A DNA stretch of 64,000 bases from Yuukianura sp. NJ FZ-2021. Taxonomy: Eukaryota. The DNA is taken from assembly GCA_046563655.1 (NCBI GenBank), contig CM102286.1:5208001-5272000 (forward strand), in the 5' to 3' direction. The translations under genes were made by a program, and so were the position numbers. A model generated the notes under the pieces. The model was not told the origin of the DNA. It saw nothing but the letters and a program-made list of their open reading frames with translations, and did not search any database. Numbering within the stretch: position 1 is the first letter of the stretch; every line of letters begins with the position of its first letter. This document shows, in pieces, positions 13,001-24,820 of the stretch.

Positions 13001-16000
13001 GTGGAATGCAAATCCCGCATGCAATGTCAAAAAAAGTTCTTTCTTATTGGAAACTCGGTATAGCCCAGAACATTATTTTTTTGAATTTAACATTTAACGA
13101 AGTTTTTAAATTCATTTTAGCTCCTTTAATAGATTCCAAACATTTAACTTAATTTGCAAGTGAATTATTATTCATATGAATTAATTTTATTAATGTTTGT
13201 ATTCTTTGCTGGAGTTCTCTTGGAGAAGTCCAACTATCAGCGTTCGTAGTAACGCTAGTCGTCGTGGTCATAGTCGTCAGTTTCATCCCAATAAAGTTCA
13301 CCCGTATCCTCCGGGCTGTAGCGGTCATCGTCATGGCCATAACCTCTGTCATGGTCGTGTCTTCTGTCGCCATGACCGTGCTCTCCCGACGAATACCGCT
13401 CTCCGCTATATCTGCCTCGGCCACCACGTCTGCCGGCTTGACATGCCCGTCGACATTTCCTCTTTGACCTGTAGTTGTTTCCATTTCCACCGCAGCCCAA
13501 GTAGCGAAAACGCATGCAACTTCCACTCCCTGCCTCGTAGTACCACCTTGTCCTCCGCCTAGCGCCACATCTTTCTCCACGGTCTACTTCGCTGTAACAG
13601 TCCTCGTTTCCACCTAAACGTCAAAGTATTTTGACATTTGACATGTTGATATGTGACATTTAGGCTTAAAAAGTGCACGGAATTACCCGTCTCGTCAACA
13701 ACGTGTTCCGAAGTGCGGGAGAAGTTGAGAGGATTGATTCTCGGATTCTCTAGTATCTTTGCTGTTCCATTCTTTACGCTGACCACTCCCAGTATTACGT
13801 CATTGTCACCTAAACACATAGTAATTCATGCTTAAATGTTCAAGCGTGGTTTCAAAATGACTTTTTAACTAAATTGTTGTAAATTATGTAAAGGTGATTT
13901 CGGTACCTCTGTCGTCTTCTGAACCTTTGATGACGTCAAGGGGAGTCCCTGCCTCAGAGGTTGACCACGTCAAAATCGCTGCACCTAAAATTAGTAACCC
14001 GAAAAGTTGCGCCATTGCACTCCCAGTACCAACTGTAGAACTTTTTTTTTTCAAAGTACATTTTTGAGCGCGGCAATCTCCAAACACTGGAAATTTATGA
14101 CGTTACGAAACGTCAGAAAATGAACCACAAACAATACCTCCATTAAGGGTTTTATTGTCGTTGCTTTGAGTATGCGCAACTGAAGGACAAGAAGCAAGGT
14201 CGATACAAAATTCATAACGTTTAATCTGCTTTCTAGTAAAAATTATTATAAAATACCCACTTAAAATAAGAAAGTATAAAAATTTAATTGTTTACGTTAC
14301 CCTAAATCCTGGCGTATAGCCCGAGGGTTATGCGCCAGAATTTAGGGTATATTTAATTGCTCCAATTTTTTCTATTTCTAGGCAACGATTCCGAATGGGT
14401 GGACATCGTTGAGCCAGAAATCCGCCAAATCCTTGAACTGGAGCGTCTGAAAAAAGCGGGAAAGTTGACAACTTCGGAAGTACAAAATGCTGGGAATGTT
14501 TTGCATCCAGGTCAATCCAGAAGGTCAACTGTCAACAGTGAAGCCATGAGTTCATCCCATTCCACTGACAAAACCAAGGAAAACGGCCTACACGATCCTG
14601 CCATCATCGAGTCCTCCCCAAAACTCCCAAAGAAATTTGATCTCAGTTGTTCCAAGTGAGTTAAATGCTGAATTTCTGCTTAAGCCTTGTTATTTTCCTC
14701 CATAAATCTGTGAGTAATTTAAGCTGATTCATGGGATGAGGAAGATGAAGATCTAGAGGGAGGCAATGTCTCAATTTCTCAAATGATAAAAGACTTCCCG
14801 CTGATTTCTGCTTTTTTCGTGCACTGCTAACGATGTATCCATCTTCTCTTTTCTTCTTATTAGCAAAAAATCGAGTCATGAAGTTCTGCCAGGGTCAAGC
14901 ACTGGTCAAGGTCCTTCGCCAGTCCACTCCCCTCAAAAGTCGAAGGCTACAAAGCTGCCTTCGTCTCTTCTGCGTTCCAACTCTGGAGCAGGTCAAAGGT
15001 CAAATCCGTGGGCAACCTCGTCAAGACAAAAGCTTCTTTTGAATGACAAGGGCAAGGCGGCAACAGTTGGACGGAAAGATCTCGTTAGTCATACCAAGGC
15101 TGGGAAGCTCACGCGTAATGCCATGAGTAAGTGACCTTTTGACCCTTGAGAAATATTCGCAGTAAAGTGTACGTGACGCATGAGTTTTTGCTTCCATTTT
15201 TAGCCAAGTTCATTTTCCTATTGATTTTGGTTGGTTTCTAATATTTCAAAGTACTTCCAAACATAATTCATTTTTGTAAAAATTATCAATAATTTTTTAC
15301 ACAAAAAATGCATTTCCGAAAGTGTCGCAAAAAGCTTCAAGATGAAACAGTTACATTTTTTTCTCCGGGCAGGTCAAATATTGTATTCATTGAATGATGA
15401 TGCTGGTGACATGACCTCGACAACTGGAGGGCTGGATTTGGAGTCGATGCTGGACGGAAGAGGAGACAACAGCTCAGAAGATGACGATTTAAGTACAACC
15501 ATCGACACAACCGATGCTCACGCCATCCGGAGGCAGCTCGAAAGTCTTGAAACTATGTATACAGAGGTAACTCTCAAAAAGATTTCCACTATGAATTCAA
15601 TTAATCTTCATCTTCTGAGCATCTATTTAATTAACGTAGGTACTGAAAGCTCTGGGAGGAAAGAAACAAATGACGGGATCACGACATCCTCCACCAGTAT
15701 CATCAGACTTGAGGCATTCCAGGCGACGCCCCTATGGTAGCATGTCCTCCCTCCCAAGCTCCGTTAGCAGTCGACCTTTCAGAGAAAGCAGGAAGAGAAT
15801 TGAAGAAAAGAAGAAGGTCAAGGACATCAAGGTAAACCAGTTTTTAAAAATGCCGCTTTTTTGTTTCCTTCCATGAATTCAAACGCATATCCGGAAATAT
15901 TTAACCGAATTTTCGAACTGCTTTAGTTTCAGTGGTTTTCCTCGCGGTAGAAAAATGCCACCTCAGTTTAATGTAATGTAATTCTTTCCAACTGAAATTA

Positions 16001-17027
16001 TTAAGAAACTAAGGAAAGTCCGGTTCCGGATTTGGTCCACAGGTTAATATTATTGAATTTCACAAAGTTGGTCGACTTCCCGCACGCATCAAGAAAGTGA
16101 CAAAAATATGTATTTTCTTGCCAAACTGAAAGCATTTGAGTGTTAATTTTGTGATTTGCCACTATCTTTTTCCTGAGGTAGCTTATGAAAGGCTTCCAAT
16201 TTTATTACATTTGTTTCCTTTTCAAAAAAAGTTTTGTTTCACAATTTAAAATATTTTGTTTTTTCCCCATTTTAGAGCATCAGTAGAAGATTTCAAAGAT
16301 TGGAGTCACATGTAGTCACGCTGGCTCGAAGCGTTGCTCATCTTTCATCAGAGATGCGAACGCAGCATCTGATGGTTCAGGTTAGCCTGATCTCAAAATG
16401 CTGAATAAGCAAAAAATTTGTTTTGTTTAGGTAATTGAAATTTCAACTAAGGTTTGATGAATTTTTTTTTAGGAAATGGAGTCTGTTCGAAATGAATTGA
16501 CACAAGTTCGCAATCTTGTACTCAAGTCAACAGCACAAAGTCAACCTGGAAATACAAATAATAGTTCTGGAACAGGAGTCCAAGGAAGAGCTGCCAATGG
16601 ACGCCAGGGTGTGCAGAGCTCAGATTGGACAACATTTCGAAATGCTTTACCGTCACTAACTAATCCATGTCGTGTTAAAAAGTTAACTCAATTCTTTGGC
16701 GACGAACCACCCCTCATACGCATATTTCTCAAAAAACTGGGATACGAGGTGAGTTTTTCAAAAGAGAAAAAAATCGTACGTTTGAACTGAAAACTTAAAT
16801 ATTTTTTTTTAAATTAGAAATATGCGTTCCACTTTGAGCAAGAACGAATTGGTATAATGGAACTTCCATATTTGACGGAAGAGCGACTTCAGAAAATGGG
16901 AATTCCAATGGGACCGCGTCTGCGGATTTTGCAAGAAGCTCATCTCTGCCTCAAGCCCGGGGCGCAATTTACTGTAGAAACACAACACAACGGAGGCACT
17001 GGAAATCTTAGTGTTTATGTTGTTTAA
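1077..17027 (+). CDS. Large Ser/Asn/Gly/Gln-rich low-complexity protein with C-terminal coiled-coil and SAM domain (uncharacterised), multi-exon
   Basis: Phase-consistent GT-AG exons: 1077-1185, 2723-2982, 6170-6277, 8526(or 8565)-8752, 8933-9107, 9422-11042, 14382-14655, 14864-15126, 15373-15566, 15640-15831, 16276-16380, 16473-16748, 16818-17027. The C-terminus FLKKLGYEKYAFHFEQERIGIMELPYLTEERLQKMGIPMGPRLRILQEA fits the SAM consensus and the protein ends in SVYVV. The 5' exons are less certain than those from 8526 onward. Confidence 0.8.
3437..4625 (+). mobile_element. Non-autonomous Helitron-like element with duplicated 5' end and internal TGACC(T)-rich repeats
   Basis: Starts A|TCTACTTATATAAAA followed by (TG)n. 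A second copy of the same 5' end begins at 3873. Internal ~120-bp imperfect repeats are present. The 3' hairpin CCCGCTT-tcac-AAGCGGG is followed by CTTG|T (CTAG-like), so the element sits between A and T with no TSD. Confidence 0.65.
5368..5637 (+). CDS. Probable alternative first coding exon of the SAM-domain gene
   Basis: Open frame MSSTRFRG...DEQKA ends at a phase-0 donor GCT|gtaagt (5637), compatible with the phase-0 exon at 6170. An acceptor (cttcag, 5326) and a CCGGAAGT motif (~5149) lie upstream. Confidence 0.45.
6762..7640 (-). mobile_element. Internally deleted hAT DNA transposon
   Basis: Perfect 16-bp TIRs (TAGGGGTCGAAATTCG / CGAATTTCGACCCCTA), 8-bp TSD ATTGGAAA (6754-6761 and 7641-7648) and subterminal GATCCGAAT repeats. 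The remnant ORF 6928-7290 has the hAT C-terminal dimerisation motif PPTTFEAERSFSSAG...RSRLSDDTL. Confidence 0.95.
11145..12508 (-). CDS. Secreted Kunitz/BPTI-domain protein A with His/Arg/Asp-rich segment and acidic tail; nested antisense in SAM-gene intron
   Basis: Exons 12508-12427, 12351-12010, 11548-11380, 11307-11145. Signal peptide MEKTVIIFGVLGVLICISYFPAAET. Kunitz domain CSQPRRRGKCVDLQKRWYYNNQVGECRSFTYGGCGGNANNFVSQKNCENFC has all six Cys. Confidence 0.9.
11614..11880. repeat. Dispersed ~270-bp repeat, copy 1 (intron of Kunitz gene A)
   Basis: Colinear high similarity to 12604-12890 (AAATTTCATAGCATTGTTTTAA...GCCGCCATTTGTTTTAA...GGCATACGTTAATTC). Confidence 0.8.
12604..12890. repeat. 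Dispersed ~270-bp repeat, copy 2 (upstream of Kunitz gene A)
   Basis: Direct-orientation copy of 11614-11880. The parallel spurious ORFs MNNELTYACCFQ and MKNELTYAYYFQ reflect this duplication. Confidence 0.8.
13255..14015 (-). CDS. Secreted Kunitz/BPTI-domain protein B with C-terminal Gly/Arg/His/Asp-rich tail; nested antisense in SAM-gene intron
   Basis: Exons 14015-13907, 13809-13687, 13613-13255. Signal peptide MAQLFGLLILGAAILTWSTSEA. Kunitz domain CYSEVDRGERCGARRRTRWYYEAGSGSCMRFRYLGCGGNGNNYRSKRKCRRAC. Confidence 0.9.
14298..14349. repeat. 25-bp near-perfect inverted repeat (hairpin)
   Basis: TACCCTAAATCCTGGCGTATAGCCC-ga-GGGTTATGCGCCAGAATTTAGGGTA. Confidence 0.85.
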
Positions 17028-17373
17028 GACCAAAAATGGCAAATGAGTCCATTTCCTGGAAACCTTCCATCTTGTATTGCCCTCCAAAGTTCAAGTCACA
17101 AAAACTTTAGACAAAGTTTCCCCAAAACATTGCTTCATTTTGTTATGATAGTTATCTACCTCAGTTAACTTAAAAATTTGTTCACAGTGTTTTCAGACTA
17201 CAAAATATATTTTCTATTTTGAAATTAAAGTTGAGATAAAATTTTTTGCAAGACATCACATGCACAAAGCATGCCATTTTGAACATAAGAATAAGTACAA
17301 TCGAGAGAAAAAAAAATCCCTTTTTAAAAAACGAATTATTGCGAACTTGTCCAAAATCCTAACTTTAGTCCAG

Positions 17374-17431
17374 CATGCTTCCAGAAACGTGGTCTCAATG
17401 CATACTCCGGTATATTCCGGTTTCAATTGAC
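17374..17431 (-). pseudogene. Degenerate fragment paralogous to exon 2 of the adjacent Gly/Ala-rich gene
   Basis: cag|GT CAA TTG AAA CCG GAA TAT ACC GGA... (GQLKPEYTGVCIETTFLEAC) matches cag|GT CAA GTG GGG ACG GAA TAC ACT GGA (GQVGTEYTGLGVEATLVEAS). Similarity is lost after ~20 codons. Confidence 0.6.
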
Positions 17432-17961
17432 CTGGAGTAGCTAATGCTAAAATTAACACCTAACCAACCTATGATTCATGAGCAAGATCGACAATTTGAA
17501 ATGCAATCCACTAACTACTTCAATCGTTCAATCATCAATGAATATATCAATCAAATTAATGTTATCGGGGGACACGGTTAAAAGTCTCAAGTCTCAACCG
17601 CGTCAAACGATAACAACTTGAAACAACTTCAACATTGTACTTTGGACATACGATTCCCGCGAGTACAAAAAATGCGTGCAAAAACGTGCTAAAAATCCAA
17701 AGTTCAAACGACTCATTAAATTAATACTTCAATTTAAATAAAAAAGGTTCTCCCATTTGGTACATACACATCGGCAATACAATTTTTTTTTATTTCATTT
17801 AATAGCTAAAGTCTAAAGAATTAAATTAATCGTTAATATCGTTAATTCCAAATCCAAAAATATTAATTTAATAATATCAGTTAACTTTACAAAAAATACT
17901 CTTTTAGCCCTCTTCAAACAAAATGTCAAATGTTGAATTCAGAAGAGTAAGAGCATTCAAT

Positions 17962-18525
17962 TCAATCCTTCTTGCCAAACCAATTGTACGGACTGGCCCA
18001 AGAGCCTAACTTCAACCCTGATCCGAGCACGGTAAGTTCCACGCCCTTCCCATCAGCCTTCACTCCGGTTCCCAAAATCTTTGCTTGAGCTCCCTGCGAT
18101 CCAATTCCCAAGCCAGTATCCGCACTTAGCCCCAATTTGACCCCACCGACATCTTTGTACTCGGCGGATGCTTCCACCAAAGTGGCTTCAACACCCAGTC
18201 CAGTGTATTCCGTCCCCACTTGACCTGTAACACAAGAATTCCATGTTATAGCTCCTACAAGTTATCATCACATGGACATGACACACGTTGGATTCTTTGC
18301 CTTAAGAGACTTAGGATTCAAAAAACGAATTGCTATTAATAAGAACCCACCATCAACTCCAGCAGTCATTATTTTTCCTTTAGCCTGGACCCCACTATCG
18401 GCTACTGGTGTTGAAATGTCAGCGAATCCCGCTCTGGCGTGAATTCTCCCTTGATCCGCGTTTGCATTAGCAATCAAGATGTCCACCCCTTCAGGTCGGT
18501 TCGTCGTAGGATGATTTTCGGCCAT
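17962..18525 (-). CDS. Small Gly/Ala/Val-rich protein of unknown function (~145 aa)
   Basis: Two exons, 18525-18351 and 18224-17962, joined in phase 1 (GAT G|gtgggt ... ttacag|GT CAA). The frame is continuous and has no signal peptide. Confidence 0.75.
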
Positions 18526-19891
18526 GTCAGTAGTTTCAGATTTTAGTTTAGACTTTGTGACAAATCTCGTGCAACCTGCTCCAAACTGTTATTAACAGAT
18601 GACTAAATCCAGAACACGACACGCTTTGCTGAATCACCAAATATTATAGTAGTGCTTCCTTATCCGTTATCACATGGATTGGATTGGATGAGATTGAATT
18701 TCCAAATCTCTTGAAGTTAAGCGCGCAACAACCTGAAATAAAATTGTGATTAAACTAGTATACCTACACAGTACAGTACAACTTAAGCTAATGTTCAACC
18801 AATAACTAAACAAACTTACTACATACCATATTCACTTCTTACACAAAGTGCAACCCCATTATTCCATCATTTAGAGGTTGCTAATGTCCGTGAAAATAGA
18901 ATAGATTTCGAAGTTCCACTTTATTGTATTGGGACTTCAATATTTGCCTAATTCAATACATTTATCTAAATTAAATTAGATTGTCTAAATCAATAACATG
19001 TAATGAAGTTTTTCAGCGATAGACGTCAACTTCAAACCAGAAAAAAACTGGACATGCGCAACCAAAATACTGTTGGCGTTGGCGCTTATGGTGTTTACTG
19101 TTTACATCACAACAGCGCTGTTTTATTCATGGAAAACTTCCATCTTTGTATTTCCCCCAGAATTTATCTAGGTACTACAACAATTACAAAATGTTGTTGA
19201 AAAGCTTTCCCCTACACATTTCGATAGACTTAAGGAATCGTTCAAAAGCGTAGTCAAAATTATATAAGTCTGGAAATGATAAATTTAGGCCAGCAATTTC
19301 TTTAATCACTGCAATTTGTTACAAATCGATAAAGATTTTAGAAAGTTCTCATTGTGCAGCGGATCGATTTATTGAAAATTGTGTCTAAATACTTTTAATA
19401 CAGGGGCTCAAAAATGCATACACCTATAAACAAAATTTTGGTTTCAAGACTATTCCACTCGGGAAATTAAAAAAGGAAAGACCTTCGAATAAATGACGCT
19501 TCCCCTAGAATCGCTTGGACTTTTGGCACAAACATAGGGACGGCACATGCTCACTTCTGACGCCATCCATAGTTTATGATTTATGGCACAACCAATGATT
19601 AAAACTAAACTCTGGTTTTTTGTTTACTAAGGACTAAAGTGAAGTGGAGTCCACTTAATAAGAAAAAGGCTGAGACGTCTGAATAGATAAAAGACTAATC
19701 TAACTTCGTCATTCAATCTGGATCGTTGGTCTTTTATGTAACCCTGTCCAAAACGAAGTAACTCTGGAAAAGAACCATTTAGTTCCGCAGGTTCACTCCA
19801 ACAGTCAAGTTGTTCCAGAACTTCATTTTTGAACAGCATTTGTTTCGGAAAATCAATTCAGCGAGAGTTTTTGATAGAAGAGAAACCGAAA

Positions 19892-21021
19892 ATGTTCAAA
19901 CCAGCAATTCTGTTGATCTCTTTCGTTTTGTCGGCGCTGATCATGGCTCACGCGGATGCTGTCGAATTGGAGTACCGTTTGTGCAACGGTTCTGACGTTG
20001 AAAGAGATGGTAAAAGCCATTTATGTATTTATATTTTTTGGGATTAGAATTTAATTGGATGTGTCAAAGTTACAGTAATAATTTTCTATAACTATTTTGT
20101 GGAATCCGAACGTAAGCTTCAAGACTTAATTTTAATTTTGCTTAACTCTGATTCTCCTCACATTCAAAGAAAAACCGACTTACATACGAACGAAATTTAA
20201 TACGAAAAGCCAAATGGCAAATTTCATATGAACAACGAACTAACTTGTTCTGAAATTCTGCAGAATTGTAAGAGGTTGGAGTTCAGAGATACTTTTGATA
20301 ACTCTTGAATTGCGAATGCGACTTAAAGTTTGTCGTTAGCAAAAAGTTTTTGAAAAGTTGAGGTCACGGGTATGACCCTTCCAAGAAGAAAATGCTCGTG
20401 TCATCTTTCATCCCGTTCCTCCTTGATAAATTGGTTTAAATGGGATTACGATCTAGTGCGTTAGAATTTGAACTTGTTTGTGTATTTTTCAGCAAAGAGT
20501 GTCGTGCATAGCGTGTCACTTGAACCATGTAACACAACGACTAATGGCGCCTGTGACATTTTGGCCGGAGGAAACGCAACTGTGGTTGTCAACTTTAGTC
20601 CAAGTAATTTCAGAACAAAGACTTTGATTGGTTCATTCAATTTTGAAATTTTTGTTAACATTGCGTAATTTTTAGCTGAAAAGATTGGAAACGCTGCTCG
20701 TCAAGGACTTTATTGGGATACGACTGTTCAAATGGAATTGCGTGGATTGCCAAAGAAAGCGTGCCGAGGATTCGTCGACTGCCGATTGGATGCCAATCTT
20801 CCACGCGATTACACCGCTGTCATTCCTTTAAAACGATCATTTCCAAAGGTAAATTTTCATAAAGATTCAAAACTGCTTGCACCATATTTCTGAATTTAAC
20901 AAAAACTTGTGCTAAATCTTCTAATTCACTTTTGCAGAGGTTGTACGACGTCAAGGTGAAGCTGTACTTGGGGAGTCGGAAAACTTATTTCTGCGTTATA
21001 ATTCCAGTTAACCTAAAGTGA
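19892..21021 (+). CDS. NPC2-like / ML (MD-2-related lipid recognition) domain protein
   Basis: Exons 19892-20009, 20493-20603, 20676-20848, 20938-21021. Signal peptide, six Cys in ML spacing, and motifs SVSLEPC, C-x5-C-x-L, IPLKRSFP and FCVIIPVNLK. Confidence 0.85.
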
Positions 21022-21528
21022 AGAGCTCTTAAGTAAATCATATACTACGGATTACTACTGCGTCATAAGTCATAAACTAAATAACTACTGGCATCAATTA
21101 AGATTATCCAATTTAACATAAAAAGTGTGATCAAAGTTACCTAATTCTCCCTTGGCCTAATACGCAGCTAAATTTCAAATATCTTAATCATATTCCTTAT
21201 TCGTCAGCAACGATTTAAGTGCTAATGCTCTACAGCAGTTAAATTAACCACACAATAATGCTCCTAAGTGTTAAATACTTAACTTAAGCCCAACCACTTT
21301 TTTCTAGATTGCGTAAGACATATTACAATAAAAGTTTGAAAAATCCCAAAATTATGATTGTCTCGGTAAATTGCTGGCTAAATATTCTAGATGCAGCTTA
21401 GGATTTCAAAGACGGTCCATTCATGATATCGTAAGAATTCAACAGCAATTTTTTTTGTAAAAATTCATTTGCAAATTCAGTCATACAAAAGTATAAAAAA
21501 ATAACACGCAATTAAAGCTATCACTATT

Positions 21529-22780
21529 TTAAAATGGGTTATTCTGCGGTGGGCTGGAATAGTCTCCACCAATCGGAATTTCTCTAGACTGTCCAGGATT
21601 GAAGTTGATAGAAAATTGACCTCCGTTTCCTAAGTCAAAGTTTCCATTGAAAGGTCCAGCCGGATCCTGGTTCAGTGGTGAAAATGCTGCTCCGAGATTT
21701 TGACCTCCATGGGGTAGCGGGCGTGGTGCTGCGTTAATAGGTGCTGGAGGAGCTTTGTATCTGTTGGCACTTTGAGATGGTGCTCCATAGTTGACTGGTC
21801 CAAAGTCAAATCCTTGACCTCTTCCGAAGACTCCAGCAGGGGATATCCCTTGGTAGTCTTGACCTTCAGGGGAACTGTGCTGGTGCTGAGGTCGGTGACC
21901 TCCGTGACCTCCAAATGGTGCTGCACCGCCCCCAAATCGTGGAGGTCCGCCGTGATTGAACTGTGGGGATGGAGCATGTGCTTGTTGATAGTTTCCTTGT
22001 TGCCTATCGTATGTGGGAGCGTGAGGTTGGGCATGATGCTGTGGCCTGTATTGTTGGGGTGCGTGACCTCTTGGGGGTGGGGCTGGGTAGCTACCATCTT
22101 GGTGTGAATGACCTTTCTCAGGAAAGTAAGCGCCTTCATCTTTGTCACTGTGACCTGGTACGTTTGGTTGTTTTGGCAAGTGATCACCTTCTGCGATGAA
22201 TCCATTTTTGCCTGCAGTGTACTTGACTGTGATTTGTTTACCATCAGCGCCAGGGTACGAGTAGAATCCACGGCGTGTCCCATCAGCATCTACAGTTTCT
22301 CCTTGCTGCAGACCGTTGTCAGCAGCATATTGGAAGTTAATTGTTCCGTCTTGATTCAGCGTACGACTGTCGGATAGAAGAAGGGGGTAAGTGGGTTTGG
22401 CAGCAGGCTGATGGGCATGGTAGTGTCCACCATGATTTGCCTGGCTTTGACCACCGTAGGGGTCACCTTGCTGACCGTGACCTCCTCCATGTCCATGTCC
22501 ACCGCCATGCTTCTGTCCTTGGCCGTGTTTTGGTTGTTTTTGACCTTGAGACGCTCCAAGGATTCCTATAAACTGAATTTAAATGAGGATTACTTTAAAT
22601 AATAGCTTACAAAATTGCGACTTCAAACCAAATTTTCAAAAAAAATTGAAAAGAACAGATGAAATTGTGGGAACGTTTGTAGATGCTACTTGAGGCTGTG
22701 TGATCGAAAGGTTTATGCTTGTTTTGACTGTCTAAAAATATTTCCAAAAAATTTACCAAAATCAACAGACGGATTCTCAT
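21529..22780 (-). CDS. Cuticular protein, Rebers-Riddiford (RR-1-like) chitin-binding type 4
   Basis: Exon 1 (22780-22757, MRIRLLIL) joins exon 2 (22572-21529). R&R consensus DGTINFQYAADNGLQQGE...RRGFYSYPGADGKQITVKYTAGKNGFIAEGDHLPKQP, with Gly/His/Pro/Gln-rich flanks. Confidence 0.92.
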
Positions 22781-24820
22781 ATCGAAAATATTTTGGAAAT
22801 TTCTTGAGCAAGAATAATGTCAACAACCGAAGCACAACGCAATCCAAGAAGTAATGTGGAAATGGAGTAAGAATTGGAGCAAAACACTTGGTTTTAAAGA
22901 AGTTAGGTGATAATGGACGCAGTGAAGCAAGCCATTTTTGTAACTATCCCTCCACTTTTCATTTTGCAACAAGCCTAATACTATTCCATTACGATTGCAG
23001 TATAACTAATGGAACTCACATCGCATTTAATTTTTTATCTATCAAGTATCTCTAAATCTGCAGTAACATTAAGTAGGGGAAGTCAACCCAGAAGACGGAA
23101 ATCTGTGGAGTGTTGCTGCATCAATGTTAGTAACAAGGCGTATTTGAAGAAAAAACAAGCGTTGTTAGTAACTGTCGTAAATTCACACTCAATGTAATAA
23201 TAGAAATCTTAAGACAATCATTGTTAATTGCGGTAAAAATACTAAACAATGGATAGAGATGCACATCATGTGAGAAATTTAATTTTCCAAGAGGAAATCT
23301 GATACTTTCATATTTTTACTCATCTGAAATCCGGAGAATTGTAATTGAACTCAATTGAGTTTTTAATTGCTTTTAAGATTTAATTGCAGTGAGTTTGTAT
23401 CTACACTTCATTAGTTCATTAAGTCCTGAACAACTTCACGAACATTACTTTTTTCAATGCCTGACTACCTCGCTCAAAATTTACAAACGTTGTTGCAAAA
23501 TAAAATTCTCCACGATTTTTTCGAAATTTTTCTCTCGAAAACTTTAGTATTTCCCACAGTTAGTACACACCTCGACTCTCAGCAAATTTGTTGTTTTGAA
23601 ATTGTCAAATTCGACCTCAAATTTTCTTACCTCGATAGAATAATTTTTTGTGAGAAATTTTTTTGTCAGAATAGTGCAACAGATTTGCAATCACTTCCGG
23701 CACCTTATTCGTTTTCCATTAACGTGTTCCAATTTTTTTTCCACCACAGCCTACGCAACGCTAAATTCATGAAGATTTTGATTTGATTCCTATGCAAACG
23801 ATAATCGACATCAAGCAACGCCTATAATTTTAGTAACGAAAACGATTAAGGCCAAATATTATTATACTTTGAAAGTTATACATTAAAATAAACGGATGCG
23901 ATGGCCCAAGGTAGTTGGTGACAGTGACAATGCCCTAAATTTTACATAATAAATTTTGTTGAACCGAAGAATTGTTAAGGTTAAATTGCAACAGACTTAC
24001 GCAAACTTAACGCACAATTAACCACCAATTAACAATGGCTGGCTCTTATATTATAGTGAAGCATTTTTGTGCCAAGTTCTTTAACGTTTAAAAAGAATTA
24101 TTGTAAAAACAAAGCGTACTTAAGAATTAGAAATTTTTTAATTAATTAATTTATGCCTTGTAATGATATAACTTTTTGCACCAAAGTTCAATCTAAAGTT
24201 ACAAAAGTGAAAGTTTATATGGGTCAGTGCGGAAGCTTGCTTCGCCAAATTACGATGAAAACCACAACTTACATTGGATTTATCCTAATATCATCTTATA
24301 TGACTTTCGCGAACTGCGTTAACTGATCAAGCTTAGTTAATTAACTAAAACTCAAACAATTAAATTATGCCTAAGTTTACGTTCATAAATGTCGTATGCG
24401 TATTTTGTGAATTGAGATAAACCAGAGATGAGGGAGGGGATTTGACTTTCTCATCTCGAAGTGAAAAGATTTTGTCGTTTGCTTTGCTTTGCTTACAAAT
24501 TGACGTTACTTTTGTACAACTTAAGTTATGTTTGGGCTGTATTTTAGCAAATTTTAGATTAATATGGTTAGTTTTTAGTATTTGGGTAATTTCCTTAGCT
24601 TAACGCTGAAATAGACGTCAACATTGACAGTTAGGTTTAGGTACTTCCCATAACCTAGTGATCTTTGATCTTTCCATTTCAGATTTCAATTGTAAAGGGT
24701 GGGGTAGGGGTAGTTCTTTTAGGTACAGGGTGATCAATCAGTGATGATATCATCAAGTCAGCTGTAACGAGTAACTCTTCTGGGAGTGGACAGAAGACAT
24801 CATACGTCAAAGGTCAAACG

